A stretch of DNA of 64,000 nt from Antedon mediterranea (GCF_964355755.1 NC_092673.1:29695648-29759647), one strand, 5' to 3'. Shown: positions 39,129 through 53,200, counted from the stretch's first letter. Numbers and translations are program-made. The notes: generated by a model not told the origin, from the sequence alone.

Positions 39129-42100
39129 TTAACTCCAAGTATATCGTGGGTCTTGCAGAACTGTGGCCAAATCTTCCATATACGGTCTGTAAAATTCATT
39201 TAGTAAAGCTCGTGTTTTCGGTAGCATAGGGCCGATTTGTTTCGCAACGGTCAACGTATTCATTCTTCTAGTATTGCAGATCGAAACAATTTGTTTTTTA
39301 CTCATTTCACCTGTGTGACAAAAGAATAGTCTTGTTTTGGTTATGCTTGTTATATAGATATTAGGAATTTACTTTTAAAAAATAAATAAAAAGCTATAAT
39401 GGTTATTTGATTTGAAACTAAATAAATATATATATTATAGGCCCTATAAGTCATATCGGTGTGTCGGTCTTATGTTCACATATACATTTTCTTTACTTCG
39501 AAACTGAGTGAGACAGGGATACAAAAGTAATCAATACACTGAGACTCGTATCTAGATGACTTTCAATAGTCAGTTACGATAAACCTAATGACAGCTGCAG
39601 AAAATGTTACTCACCGAGTTCTAAGAACTCAACGATTTTCGGAAAGGCAATTGTACAGTTCATCCACTCGTCAGTCCGAAGAAAATACAGGTTTTTATGA
39701 GGAAAAACGTTTAACCAATCACGAACGAATATATTGTATAATCCAACATGAATTCTCTGAAAAAAGTTAATATTTAATTATCTACAGTGTAATATATAAC
39801 AGTATCGTAGAAATTCGTATGCATTTGTGTATAATGTTTGATTTTGGTTCCCAGAAACGCACACTTTGACCAATCACAGCGATGGATTATTTGAACTCTC
39901 GCTCTTTTCTTTGGTCATCTCGCTTGCGTTGTGCGTCTCTAGTGTGAACCAAGCTTTAGTTCTCTACTTAACATAAGGTACAGTTATGTTTGATTGGTTT
40001 TTCCCCACAGACGAAACGTAAGCGCGACGGAAAGCTGGATTCCCACTCGGGCGCAACGTAAGGACGTAGATGCAACGCTAGTCTGGGTTCCAGACGGAGT
40101 TTTGTCTTAATATTAGTAAAAAGATAAATATTTTGGCACATATGGCGTTTCATACGTTTACTACTTGATTTTGGATACTCCGTCTGGGGAAACACGCACA
40201 AGTCACGTGGTTTGACACCAAGAATTCTTGGTGCATACGATTATCCGGTTGACTAGTTTCAGCTGCATGCGATTGGCTACTCACTCGTACACTATTTTAA
40301 TATTCATATTTCAGAATTTCAAAGACTCAACATCTAAGATGATGCGCATGCGCTATTTTACGTTTAGACAATGTGTACTTGGGTACATCATGAAGGTACC
40401 TCCATGGGTACATTGATGAAAGTTTCTGAAGGCTAGAAATGATTTTATCCCTAGTAGTCTGGTAATTATTTGATGGGATTTTTCCCAAGAACATGAAAAC
40501 TCGTCTTGATATGATAGGTTAGCTTCTCCGCAAATCAAACATTGATTGAATGGATCATTTATTACGCGGAGATATTTTGATTTAATTCCCACCCAGACCC
40601 TGTCCTGTTCTGTGTGGTGGTGTAGCCCTGTTGTGTGCCGGTGGTGGTATGTAGGCCTACCTTATTGGCGTTTTATTCGGCAGGTCATACGTGCGAGTTG
40701 AGTAGGACCTACGAAGGAGGCCTAGGCCAAGGACTAAACAATTAATAAACAAAACAACTTGGCAACACGATTTTATATTTCAACAGTCTTGATCGTACAT
40801 TCAGCACTGTTCGTATAGTACTCGATCTTTTTTATTTTGAAACAAAATGATCATTGGCTGATTCGAAATCCATATTTACATACCGCCCGCCCCATATAGC
40901 CAAATACGGTATCGTAACCTACGTCATTCTTATCGGATGCTTGCGGTCTGCAAATCGATTTCTATACGTGTTTCACAAGTCTGTATTTTCAGACAAAAAT
41001 CGCGGTCGAAATAAAAACAAATAAATTAAAAAAAAGACAATACAGACTTGGAGCAAGTCTAATGCAACGCAAGCGAGTTGACTAATCACAGCGATGGATT
41101 ATGCCAATTGGCGCTTTTCTTTTGGTCGACTCGCTTGCGTTGTGCGTCTGCAGTGGGAACCAAGCTTTAGTTCTCTCCCTAAAATAATTGTTAATGAATA
41201 ATATCGAATGTTTACCCCTCCAAGAGCTGCACTTTCGCTGCGGTATACACATTGCCGTTCACCATACGTCTGTAGACATTTTGTCAAACTATTCACAGCC
41301 GTCAAACAATAGGAGTGAAATTTTTCTGGTGATCGTGAGTCGCCTTTTCGTCTGCCAAAATACTTATAACCTGAGTATAGTCTGTGAAAAATGATTATAA
41401 TTTTCACTACACTTTGGGAAAGCCAACTGATAGTTGGCGAAACGTTAGGTAAATAAAATAATCGTTATTTACTATTACTATTACGGTTGAGATAATTAAC
41501 TATTATATTTTAGTGATAATAATTTTTATTTCTAATAAAATATCCATGCATATCAAATGGTAATACAATTGTGAAATGTTTTTAGTGTTTTTATTTCTAT
41601 CACTGATTATGATTAGTTTTATTTTAGACTGATTTCGAAGTTTACAAGCATTGTTTACAAATCCACAACAATCAAAAGAAACAAATTCTGGAAACACAAA
41701 AAACAAAAACAGTAACGAATACAGTAGGCCTACCTATCAGCGGGATTTCTGAAAATAGCAATGACTTTAGCATTTGGTTGCACCACTTCGAAAATATCGG
41801 CGTTACTATACTTTGTCGTCTTATAGTTGTTGCAATCCCAAAGCGTTGAAGCCGACCCTTCTCCTATTGATTAGATTGAAAACCGCTTACGTCACATATG
41901 CCGCCCAAATTCAGTAAAGGTGGGCTGAATTAAATTACGTTTGCTCAAATCACAACGATTTTAGCTATTTTTCTATTATTAAGCGCTTTTTATATACACT
42001 AGCTATACCTATAGGCTTATTCATTTTGCAACACACAAACAAATTATTTCAATAGTCTATTCTGTTTTATGTTCATAATTCCGATCTGCTTGACTTGATT

Positions 42101-43897
42101 TTTACTGCAATGGATCATCTATTAAAAATTACAAAGCCCCACAAGAAGAATGAAACCTTACCTATAACTAACCGAGCTGCATCAGCAGTTTTTTTGTCTA
42201 ACAAGCGTACTATGCGAGATTGCTTATTCAAGTACCAACTTAAACCGGCTGAAATATGTATCAATAGTATTAAGTTATGGACAAAAAAGTAATGCAGTTA
42301 ATTGTATTACACTGTAACTTTATGATTGACAATGTTAGCATGACCACAAAATGATACTGAATTTATGGATTCCGCTGCTGAAATTTATCATTTTAGGCCT
42401 ATATTATATTTAGGTCTCAATAATATGGCGATCAAAAACTGATGATACACCGTATATTTTCGTCAAGTTTTGTCTAAACTATCAAACTTCATGTGACCAA
42501 AAAAATGTGATGTGCCCATATATGGACATGATGATGTCATATCACTACCATCTTCGGTCATATCACTAGCATATTTGGGCACATCACACTTTTTTGGTCA
42601 AACTAGTTTGATAGTGTAGACAGAGGTTAAAATAATAAGAGTTGAAGGAACAGTAAAAGAAACAACATGCCATTAAAACGACGTCTTGTCCACCAGTGCA
42701 GCTCCTTCACTGAATGGACCACATCTGGATGCGAGTTTATTTTACTGAATAAATCTGTTGTTCCACTTTTTGGCATTCCAGCAACGTAGAAATAAGGAAG
42801 ACAGCGAAGCGATTGCTTCGTTTCCCAACATGGATTCTTAAATTTTGAACTAAAAACTTGTGGTATTGATTGAAGTATCTAACAGACAAGATATGGAGAT
42901 TATTATTGAAGGATTCGTTCATCCTCTAAACATCTATTGAGCTTATTTTGCTTTCCATTTTTTTGAAACAGAAATATATACAAATAGAAAGGTTGACAGC
43001 ATTCTTTTAAACATGTATTGACACCCCCACCCCCATCTTCCCCCAAAAAATAACATGAAACATTAAGATAAATCAATTCAGACTTAGAATAGGTTAGTTT
43101 TTAGTATTGATAAAGTTATTCAATTCGGTAGAAAAAATGACAAAATAAATTGGTAAATTCATCCAAAGACTTATTTTATAGATTATGTTCCTATCTTTGC
43201 TGTAAATTGAAGAAAAAAAATGTTTAATTCGATTTGATTCGACAGTTTCATCTCCAAGAGATTATTGTCAACGTGCAGAATTGTTGTTGCTTTTTAATTT
43301 ATAATCCTATATAAAGAACAGACAGCTTATTTCCACTTACTGAATAATAAATGCTTTATTTGTCCATCAATAAAATAACGATTAAAAATGTTAAGATAAA
43401 AAAACTAATAATTAATATAATAATCCTAGTGGCCAATAACAATAACAATTATCAACTTACTTGTTTTCCAATGATGTGACGCAAGCTCGTGGGAATGTCC
43501 AATTCACTGACGAACTTTCCCTTCATCCTTGTTGAGTTTGAAGTGGTGTTTGTCAGTATTCCTCCTGGAAACGGCAATTTTGGTAATGTTCCATTAGAAA
43601 GCCTGGCTATGTAATTTCCTGGTAAAGGGTACCGTAGTTTATCACCTGTATCGGTTTGACTAAAAAGCGTTGATAGAGAGCCTGCAAACGATATAACTAA
43701 AATACCAGCCAAAACGGGTGTGCATTTTATCACCTAAATATCAATTAATCAAATTAAAAGTGTTAATACTGTACGAATACCCGAATATATAAATTAAATC
43801 TTAGACCTACTAAGTGTACAGACGAAACTATAGTTCAATAAATATTAAATTTAATTATTTAAGAAATTAAAAAATCTCACCCACACACCTTCAACAT
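39129..43897 (-). CDS. CHST15: Carbohydrate sulfotransferase 15-like (GalNAc4S-6ST family), 8 exons, ~398 aa, type II membrane protein
   Basis: Exons 43889-43897 (tentative ATG exon), 43461-43733 (N-terminal hydrophobic anchor), 42671-42878 (NPCW...LRCLPYFYVAGMPKSGTTDL...HP...KELHWWTRRRF; 5'-PSB loop), 42162-42248, 41734-41863 (GEGSASTLWD...RNPADR), 41216-41381 (RLYSGYKYF), 39615-39756 (VGLY...DWLNVF), 39129-39310 (GPMLPKTRALLNEFYRPY). The model needs a GC donor at 42670. Could be a paralogue rather than the orthologue. Confidence 0.85.
40031..41170. mobile_element. Short MITE (aagctggattcccact / agtgggaaccaagctt) with a nested 983-bp insertion (40079-41061, 9-bp TSD)
   Basis: TSD atgcaacgc at 40070-40078 and 41062-41070; related MITE ends at ~8900-9011 and ~39866-39958. 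Confidence 0.7.
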
Positions 43898-44079
43898 TTT
43901 TAAAACCGAACTGATCAATCATTGTTTAGCCAAACTATTGTGCAAATATTTGTTTCTTTTACAGGTGGCAGCATACAGTCAACAAAACACACTTTATTCT
44001 ATTATGGTAGTAAATCTAAAGCACACAATACCCTAACCAGTGGCAGAGTGATTATAGTTTGAAGGAGTGTAGCTTCTTG

Positions 44080-44497
44080 TAGTGGAGCTGTAGCTTGGTG
44101 GTTACCGCGCTTGTCTTCCAATCAAAGGTTCAATTCTGACCTAGTGCTAGACCCAGGTCTGTTACTCACGACTCTTTCAACTCCACTCAAATAAGACTCT
44201 TTTTACTGCGTCAAACTTAATCATATATTGTACTAGGCCCAACCACTCACTTTTTCAGGTAATACGGATTGGACCCCATTGGAAATAAGTTTACTTTTTA
44301 TTTGTCGATATAATGGGTTATCCTGGTATTATTTTTAATATGTACATTGTATATTTTAACTATTTTTATTAATATCGATCGAATAAAATCAATCAATCAA
44401 TGGGTATAAGCACAATAAAATATAAAATAGTTTATCTCATCCTGTAATTGGCGAGTTTGTGCTCGCTGTTGGATGAATATGAAATAAATAAATAAAT
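44080..44497 (+). mobile_element. tRNA-derived SINE (family A) with an internal insertion
   Basis: Head tagtggagctgtagcttggtggtta at 44080; 3' part tagtttatctcatcctgtaat...(aaat)n matches the copy at 27-160. Confidence 0.6.
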
Positions 44498-44618
44498 GTA
44501 TTATACATTTATTTTAAGGTGCTAAATATGTCTCAAAATAGTTGAAAACGGTAGAGTTTTGTAAAATTCATTTATCAATCAATATATTAAATTACAGTAG
44601 ATTTATTTATAATATGTA

Positions 44619-45778
44619 TCTATATTATAAGTGAGAGAGTTTGTCTGTTTGTCTGTCTGTTTGTTTGTTTGTTCGTTATACAAAACAAAATTTTGTTACT
44701 GCACATAATCTTACATATGGGGTATCAAAATGACCGCAATTGTACCGGGAATGTTCTAAGCTATATTTCAACATCATCCGCCAACTAGGATCCATGTTAG
44801 GGACCAAAATGTGGTCAAAACCCCCACTTTCGATGTTTGTTCGTTATAAACATTTCTGTTTCTGCACATAACCATACGTATGGGGTATCAAAATGATGGC
44901 AATTGTACCCGGAAGGTTTTAAACTACATTTAAACAAATTCCCCTGACTCCTGAGGTTTTTGTGGGAGGGGTGGGGGGGGGGGGGATGGTGTGGTGGTTT
45001 GTGATGTCATTTTTTGCTAGGGCTCGGGGTTGTAGGCTATCGAATTGTAAAATTATACTACAAAAGTTTTACAGTATTTTAATTATCCTCAGCAAGGCGT
45101 ATATAGATTTACATATTTTATTCATTAACCAATATGACACCTATTCATTTACACATTTAGCAAAGTACTTTAACCATATCCAGCTATGTATCGGTCTCAT
45201 GGGTTGTCTCATTACTGACATCCATTCCTGTGTGAACATACACACGTTGTTTACTGTTACCATGCCTCCAAGGAAAAAACGTCAATTGTGGGAGAGTGGG
45301 GTTGGGAGATAGGGTTTGGGAGTTGGGTTTCAGGGGATAGTGGGGATTTAATAACATCATTTGTACTGGAACCGTCTTCAACACATCCCCCAGTGTATCA
45401 GGGGTGTGTTTGTAATACTAGCGTAATGAAGTAGCCTATATGATTGGAATTGTACTAGGAGGCTGGGGACCGCAGTATCTAAATTAGATATTTTAATTAT
45501 CAGCCAATATGACACCTATTCATTTACACAATTTACAACGTACTTCAACCATTATTAGACCCATCATAGCTATGGTATACTCCTCTCAATTTGAAGCTTA
45601 GGTTGAATTGAATTTGTCCATCACTGGGAAGAATTTGTTTTTAAGAAAGAGTATGGGGTGTTATTGAAAAGAGGGGTGGAGGTTGGTGAGTATAGACAGA
45701 TACTGGCGTCGGGTGTTATGTACTGAGAAGGCTGTAAACTAATTTTGAAACCTGCCCTGGGGCGGGTATAATTGCTAG
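44619..45778 (+). mobile_element. Non-autonomous Helitron
   Basis: 5' TC (tctatattataag) followed by (GTTT/GTCT)n; 3' hairpin cctgccctggggcggg then CTAG; inserted between A and T with no TSD; second copy at 58750-61558. Confidence 0.85.
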
Positions 45779-46402
45779 TTATACATAAATCCAAAGGCAA
45801 ATTATTGAAAAACATAATGCTGGATCTTAATGGGGATACATAATACAGTTAAAACGATAAAGAAAAACAGCCAGAAAAATTTGCAGAGCTTTTGGGCAAC
45901 CTAGCCCTTCATCATCAGTGTATACAGTATATATATTAATCATTTTTATAAGATAAGACCTCATGATGTCTAGAAATGATACATTTTTGCAATATTATCA
46001 AAATCGTTCGTTTTTGTTATTCATTTTTTATTCAAGTATTTCAATAAACACATTACACCAGTGTGTATAGACACATTTTGTATAGGTATACTAATTGTAC
46101 TGTACGTATCAATTTATATATGATTTTTTTTTTATATTGTCAGCATACATGTTCTATATCGTGACCATTTTACAGTGTGTGAACATGAGGCAAGACTTCT
46201 CTTATGTCTGGGTTATTTTAGGTAAATTGCCAAGGATAACTATATTCCACTATCCTAGGTGGACAATACAAGATGCACCACACAAATAAAGTCTTGTAGA
46301 GTTGTATTTTGTCATGAGAAGTCTGTCATAGGCGACAGACGGTTGCCAAGTGGTGTTTGCTGCCACCATTCAGGGTGTAAACATGAGATTCATAGGCGAC
46401 AG

Positions 46403-49400
46403 CAGGTATATAAAATATACCAAATTGGCTAGTTGAGAATTCTCAACTATTACCGCAGTACGCCTGTAACGACGAAGCCTACCGGTATAATGGGATAGGC
46501 TGATTTCCTTGTTAACTTAAGGGGTCATTTAATTACTGAATTATGATTGGTAGTAAAGGAAATTTACTGGAATCCTATTGGATGGAGGTGGTAGTAGGAC
46601 CATGTCCATCCCATTGCAGTAATAAAGTTGAGCCACCTGCGACCATTACAATGTCCTACCATGCTAATGTAGGAGTGGGGAAATGTTATGCTTACTACTG
46701 TTTCTTTTAATAATTTAGTACAATTAATAAGAATAAAGAATACACTTAACAATATACAACAAATAACATTAATGTACGATGTAGTTTAACACTGTTCTCA
46801 AATAAAGTCATTTTGGTATACTTGAGCACATTGATAAAGAATAGGATAAACTTAACAATATACAACAAATAACATTAATGTACGATCCCGTTTAACACTG
46901 TTCTCAACTATAGTCATTTTGGTATACTTGAGCACAGTGATAAAGAATAGGATAAACTTAACAATATACAACAACAATGTACGATCCCGTTTAACACTGT
47001 TCTCAACTATAGTCATTTTGGTATACTTGAGCACAGTGATAGAATAGGATAAACTTAACAATATACAACAAAAAACATTAATGTACGATCCAGTTTAACA
47101 ATGTTCTCAACTATAGTCATTTTGGTATACTTGAGAACAGTTATAAAGAATAGGATAAACTTAACAATATACAACAAAAAACATTAATGTACGATCCCGT
47201 TTAACACTGTTCTCAACTATAGTCATTTTGGTATACTGAGCACAGTGATAATATGAAAAACATAATAACACTATAATATTTGTAGATGAATGACGCGGAC
47301 ACGTACATATGTTCATAAGTAATTGATATAAATTGACTTTTATAAGTGGAATTAACACAAATGATTGTAGATAAATATGACGTGAATTGCACGTACATAA
47401 TGTTGATGAGTAGTATATTTATATAAATCGACTTTGAAAAGTGAAATAACACTAATATTTGTAGATGAATATGACTTGGACACGATTTACATATGTTGAT
47501 GAGTATATTGATATAAATCGACTTTTAAAAGTGAAATAACACTAATATTTGTAGATGAATATGACGTGGACACGTACATTTATTGATGAGTATATTGATA
47601 TAAATCGACTTTTAAAAGTGAAATAACACTAATATTTGTAGATGAATATGACGTGGACACGTACTGTACATAATGTTGATGAGTATATTGATATAAATCG
47701 ACTTTTAAAAGTGAAATAACACTATTGATTGTAGATGAATATGACGTGGACAAGTACATTTATTGATGAGTATATTGATATAAATCGACTTTTAAAAGTG
47801 AAATAACACTATTAGTTGTACACTATTGATCATATATGAATATGACGTGAATTGCACGTACATTATGTTGATGAGTAGGCCTATATTGATATAATTGACT
47901 TCGAAAAGTGAAATAACACTGATTTGTAAATGAATATGACGTGGACAAGTACATTTATTGATGAGTATATTGATAAATCGACTTTTAAATGTGAAATAAC
48001 ACTAATATTTATAGATGAATGCACACGTACATACGTTGATAGGTATTGATATAAATAGATTTTTAAAAGTACGGTAATAGACACTTTATTTGTAGATGAA
48101 TACGACATGGACAAGTTGCAATAAATTCTATCGTTATATCGTATGTTGATGAGTATTGATATAAATCGACTTTTTTAAAGTGGAATAACACTAAAATGTA
48201 TAGATGGATATGGCCTCAACAAGTATTGTATTAAGCGGTACTGTATATTGATAGACTTCATACCTGTAATGTCAATGAAATCTGGCAACAAGAATTGTGT
48301 TTGATCCTCCTAATAGTATTCTAATAATCTTGGTTTGTAAAGGAGGCATGAAAAATCTAAACGCATAGCCAGGGGAGGGGTTGGAGTTTTGAACAAACTT
48401 CCCTGTGCCCGTCCTACGGTTTTTGTGAACTTTTTAGTAGCGTGCAAACGCGAGTCTACAGCTCACTATGTCGATCGGTCGGTCGGTAAACACCAACTCA
48501 AATTTGAGCACGCGACTGCAGCCATGTATAGGCCTATGGCCTGTTTATACTAGAAATCAGCAGTGAAAGTAATGTAAATAATATGTGTTAATATAGAATT
48601 AGTTTTTTAATTTTTTAATTTAATAAATAGTATTAAAGTTGATCTTATTCTTTATCTGTGATTAATTATACTCAAATGACTATAGTTTAAAACAGTATTA
48701 AACGGCATCTTACATTAATGTTATTTGCTGTTTATTCGAAGTTTATCTTATTCTTTATCACTGTGCTCAAATATACCAAAATGACTATAGTTGAAACAGT
48801 GTTAAACTGGATCGTACATTAATGTTATTTGTTGTATATTATTAAGTTTATCCTATTCTTTATCACTGTGCTCAAGTATACCAAAATGACTATAGTTGAG
48901 AACAGTGTTAAACTACATCGTACATTAATGTTATTTGTTGTATATTGTTAAGTTTATCCTATTCTTTATCACTGTGCTCAAGTATACCAAAATGACTATA
49001 GTTGAGAACAGTGTTAAACGGGATCATACATTAATGTTATTTGTTGTATAATGTTAAGTTTATCCTATTCTTTATCACTGTTCTCAAGTATACCAAAATG
49101 TCTATAGTTGAGAACAGTGTTAAACTGGATCGTACATTAATGTTTTTTGTTGTATATTTTTAAGTTTATCCTATTCTTTATCACTGTGCTCAAGTATACC
49201 AAAATGACTATAGTTGAGAACAGTGTTAAACTGGATCGTACATTAATGTTTTTTGTTGTATATTTTTAAGTTTATCCTATTCTTTATCACTGTGCTCAAG
49301 TATACCAAAATGACTATAGTTGAGAACAGTTTTAAACGGGATCGTACATTAATTTTATCCTTTGCTTTACTGTGCTTTGATTTGATAAGCAAGTTTGGTT

Positions 49401-49727
49401 GCCCCGCCCCCATATGCTGCCTACTAAATTAGGATTCCCTAGCTTTTCTATAAAAATTGAAGTACCCACAATGCACGTTATACGGAAGTCATAGTCTTGT
49501 AAAATACAGACACAATAGTTTTTATCGTATTGCTTTCATTTAAATATCACTAAGATTGTCTTAAACTACAAACAACTAAAATTAGTGAAGGTATGCAAGT
49601 GTTTCTAAATATTTATTACTGGTAGTATTAATACAATTTGGATTATATCATTTTCCAGAAAGGTAGAAAAAAACATAAAATAGTTGAGAATTCTCAACTA
49701 GCCAGGATGGTATAGGAAATATAGCTC
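46403..49727. mobile_element. Foldback-like (Galileo/P-type) non-autonomous element, 7-bp TSD, inserted in the CDC23 3' repeat array
   Basis: TSD gcgacag at 46396-46402 and 49728-49734; imperfect ~48-bp TIR containing the palindrome tagttgagaattctcaacta; inverted 106-bp tandem arrays at ~46745-47250 and ~48640-49355; central ~90-bp array at ~47265-48210. Confidence 0.78.
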
Positions 49728-50203
49728 GCGACAGACGGTTGCCAAGTGGTGTTTGCTGCCACCATTCAGGGTGTAAACATGAGATTCATAGGTGACAGAC
49801 GGTTGCCAAGTGGTGTTTGCTGCCACCATTCAGGGTGTAAACATGAGATTCATAGGTGACAGACGGTTGCCAAGTGGTGTTTGCTGCCACCATTCAGAGT
49901 GTAAACATGAGATTCATAGGTGACAGACGGTTGCCAAGTGGTGTTTGCTGCCACCATTCAGGGTGTAAACATGAGATTCATAGGTGACAGACGGTTGCCA
50001 AGTGGTGTTTGCTGCTACCATTCAGGGTGTAAACATGAGATTCATAGGTGACAGACGGTTGCCAAGTGGTGTTTGTTGCCACAATTCAGGGTGTAAACAT
50101 GAGATTCATAGGTGACAGACGGTTGCCAAGTGGTGTTTGCTGCTACTATTCAGGGTGTAAACATGAGATTCATAGGTGACAGACGGTTGCCAAGTGGTGT
50201 TTG
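49728..50203 (-). repeat. 64-bp tandem array made of the CDC23 C-terminal codons plus stop; further copy at ~46327-46402
   Basis: gccaagtggtgtttg recurs every 64 bp from 49741 to 50189; the unit encodes [20 protein letters not shown]. Confidence 0.92.
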
Positions 50204-53200
50204 TTTGTCCTGTAAAGCAGCGTTCTGTCCTTGCACTATTGACCCATTTAGATTATCGCCACCCGTTGCACCTTTCCTTTGAGCTTCAATCTCTCGTAAG
50301 ATCTCTTTGCCTTCTTCCCTAACCTAAAATATCAAAACATTTATGTTCAATAAAAAGATCTGTCTCTCAAGTTATCTTTGCCTTTCTCCCTAACCCATAG
50401 GTGAATGCAAAAGCACCATACTACAACTAAAAAGAAGAGCATTTTTACCTCGTTATATTCACTGCATTTTTGAGCATATATTGATGCTTGGTCATATAGT
50501 TGTCGTTTTAGATAATATCGTCCAAGAAACATATAAGCCTGGCATTGCTCATCACTCCCTGCAGTCTAAAAAAAAAGATAAGTAATGTTTAAATCTGGTG
50601 TTTTCACCTATAAATTGACAAAATAAATGGTTAAATTCAACCAAAAACCCACTAACTGGCAGCCAATTTGGCAATTTTTTTCTTTAAATTACAGTTTTTT
50701 CAGGTAAATACATTTTTTTTCGATCCACTTTGTGGTCAAAGTGGATAACTTTTATATTACATTAAAATGGCATATTCAACTAAAAATTTTGTTAAGAATT
50801 ATTTTTTCAGGGGACATACATATCTTTAACAATGTATTCTAAGTTTATACCCCAAAGGATTCAGCTTGTTCCAAGAATTTATTATAGAAATAAGCGGCCT
50901 TTTCTTCATCTTCTAGCTTCTGTTTTAATAACCTAAACAAAAGAGAGAAAAAACAAACAAAAAACTAGTAGCTAATTATTATAATTTAAAACTTTGTTGG
51001 TACCAAACCCGTAAAACAGCACACTGGTTAATTTGTAAAGGTGGAGCCAGGGGTATAAAGTCATAGTATCTTTATTAAAAAGGATAAACAGAAATTTGTT
51101 TTGAAAAACTGGCATATCATCATAAATATATAAATATAACAGGTTAATAAAAAATCACCATCCCCTCCTCAGTATGTCATCATTAATGAAAGAGCTTAAG
51201 TGTAAATATTGAAGCACATTAAGCACTTTGTGGTAATGTGCGCTTTCTAAATATTATCTTATTCAGCTGCAGAAAGACTAGACAACATAGTAACTTACTT
51301 AGCCAGTCTAAGAACTGCAGTGCCCTCAACGTCACCAACAGAATAGGCTTTCCAGTAGCACTTTTTGGCCTCTTCTATCTTCTCTAGGTTTTCATAACTC
51401 TCTGCTAATGCTACTAACATCCGAGAATCATTGGGCCTACACAGAGAGTTATGTAACTTAAATAACCATCAATTTGTCATGAATTATGAGATAAATTAGC
51501 TAATTATTTGTCATGCAGTTGCTTTTTTGTTGTTTTTGTTTAGGGGTTGATATTTGACAAGTTCTTTTACTTCTTTTTCTGATCCCAGAAACAGTTCTTA
51601 TTTAATGTTACCATTTAAGTTATTGTAATTAATGTATGCTGCTTTTATTTCTTGAACCGTTTCTAAGTAAATGTTGTTGTTGAAATTATATAAGTAGCAT
51701 TAATCTAAACACTAACTTTATGTCACTGGCTACCAGATGTGTCTATGTAGACGGTTACTTGAACCAGTACCCATAATGATGTAATTAAAATATATATATA
51801 TATATTGTGTTCATATTTACAAGTTTACAAGATCAAGTGGACAGTAGCAAGGGTACATTCACTACCATCACAACTAATCTTCAAGACAAATCTTTTTAGA
51901 AGAACCTGATCAGAAGTTCCGTTTTTGTCAAACTCACCTGAGCTGTTGAGCTTGCTTATAGTAATATGTACAGTAGAATGGCATTCGTAAAATCTCATAT
52001 GTTTGACCCAGACCATACCATGCTCGGAAATCTCTTGGATTTACCTCTACAAGAAAACAAATGGAATGATTACATACATACTTGGTTGATTCATCGTGTT
52101 TGTAATTACAAACTTGCGATGGTTTCTATAGGCAAAAAAAAAAACACAAAAAAAACTTTGCAAATAACTGAATTGTTTTAATTGCCATGACAAAATGTAT
52201 AATACTTTTATTAGGTCAAAAGTACCATACACATTTTTTTCAGACTTAAAGCGTGTTTTCTACTAGGTGAATTTATTCATGTGAATACAATGTTTTTCCA
52301 GATTTAAAAAATAGTGTGCTACTCTTTCCACTAAAGCTCTGTCTACACTATCAACTTTTATGTAACAAAAAAATGTGATGTGGCCATATATGAACATGAT
52401 GAAGTCATATTACTACCATATTTGAGCATGTTACTAGTTTGATAGTGTAGACAGAGCTTAAGAATGTGATTAATGTTAGATTATCAATGAGTAAGTGCAA
52501 ATAAAAATATAAAACAACCTATAGCTTGTCTGTAAGCCTGTATTGCAGCAGACGAGTTCTTCATCTCCATGAACTCGTGGCCCATCAGTGTCCAGGCTGA
52601 CAAGTAATGTGGGTTGAGCTTCAACGCACGCTGGAAGTATAACACTGCTTTCTCATGCTGGGATCGTAATGAATAGTAGTTACCTAGCAAGGCATAAATT
52701 GAAAATACATGAATTGTACATATTATATGGGATCCAAGCTTCAACGCACGCTCGAAGTATAACACTGCTTTCTCATGCTGGGATCGTAATGAATAGTAGT
52801 TACCTAGCAACGCATAAATTGAAAATACATAAATTGTACATATTATATTGGATCCAAGCTTCAACGCACGCTGGAAGTATAACACTGCTTTCTCATGCTG
52901 GGATCGTAATGAATAGTAGTTACCTAGCAAGTCATAAATTGAAAATATGTAAATTGTACATATTATATTGGATCCAAGCTTCAACGCACGCTGGAAGTAT
53001 AACACTGCTTTCTCATGCTGGGATCGTAATGAATAGTAGTTACCTAGCAAGTCATAAATTGAAAATATGTAAATTGTACATATTATATTGGATCCAAGCT
53101 TCAACGCACGCTGGAAGTATAACACTGCTTTCTCATGCTGGGATCGTAATGAATAGTAGTTACCTAGCAAGTCATAAATTGAAAATATGTAAATTGTACA

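Noticed and set aside
46745-50203. Regular arrays resembling CRISPR
   Set aside because: Head-to-tail repeats without unique spacers, no cas genes, eukaryotic context.
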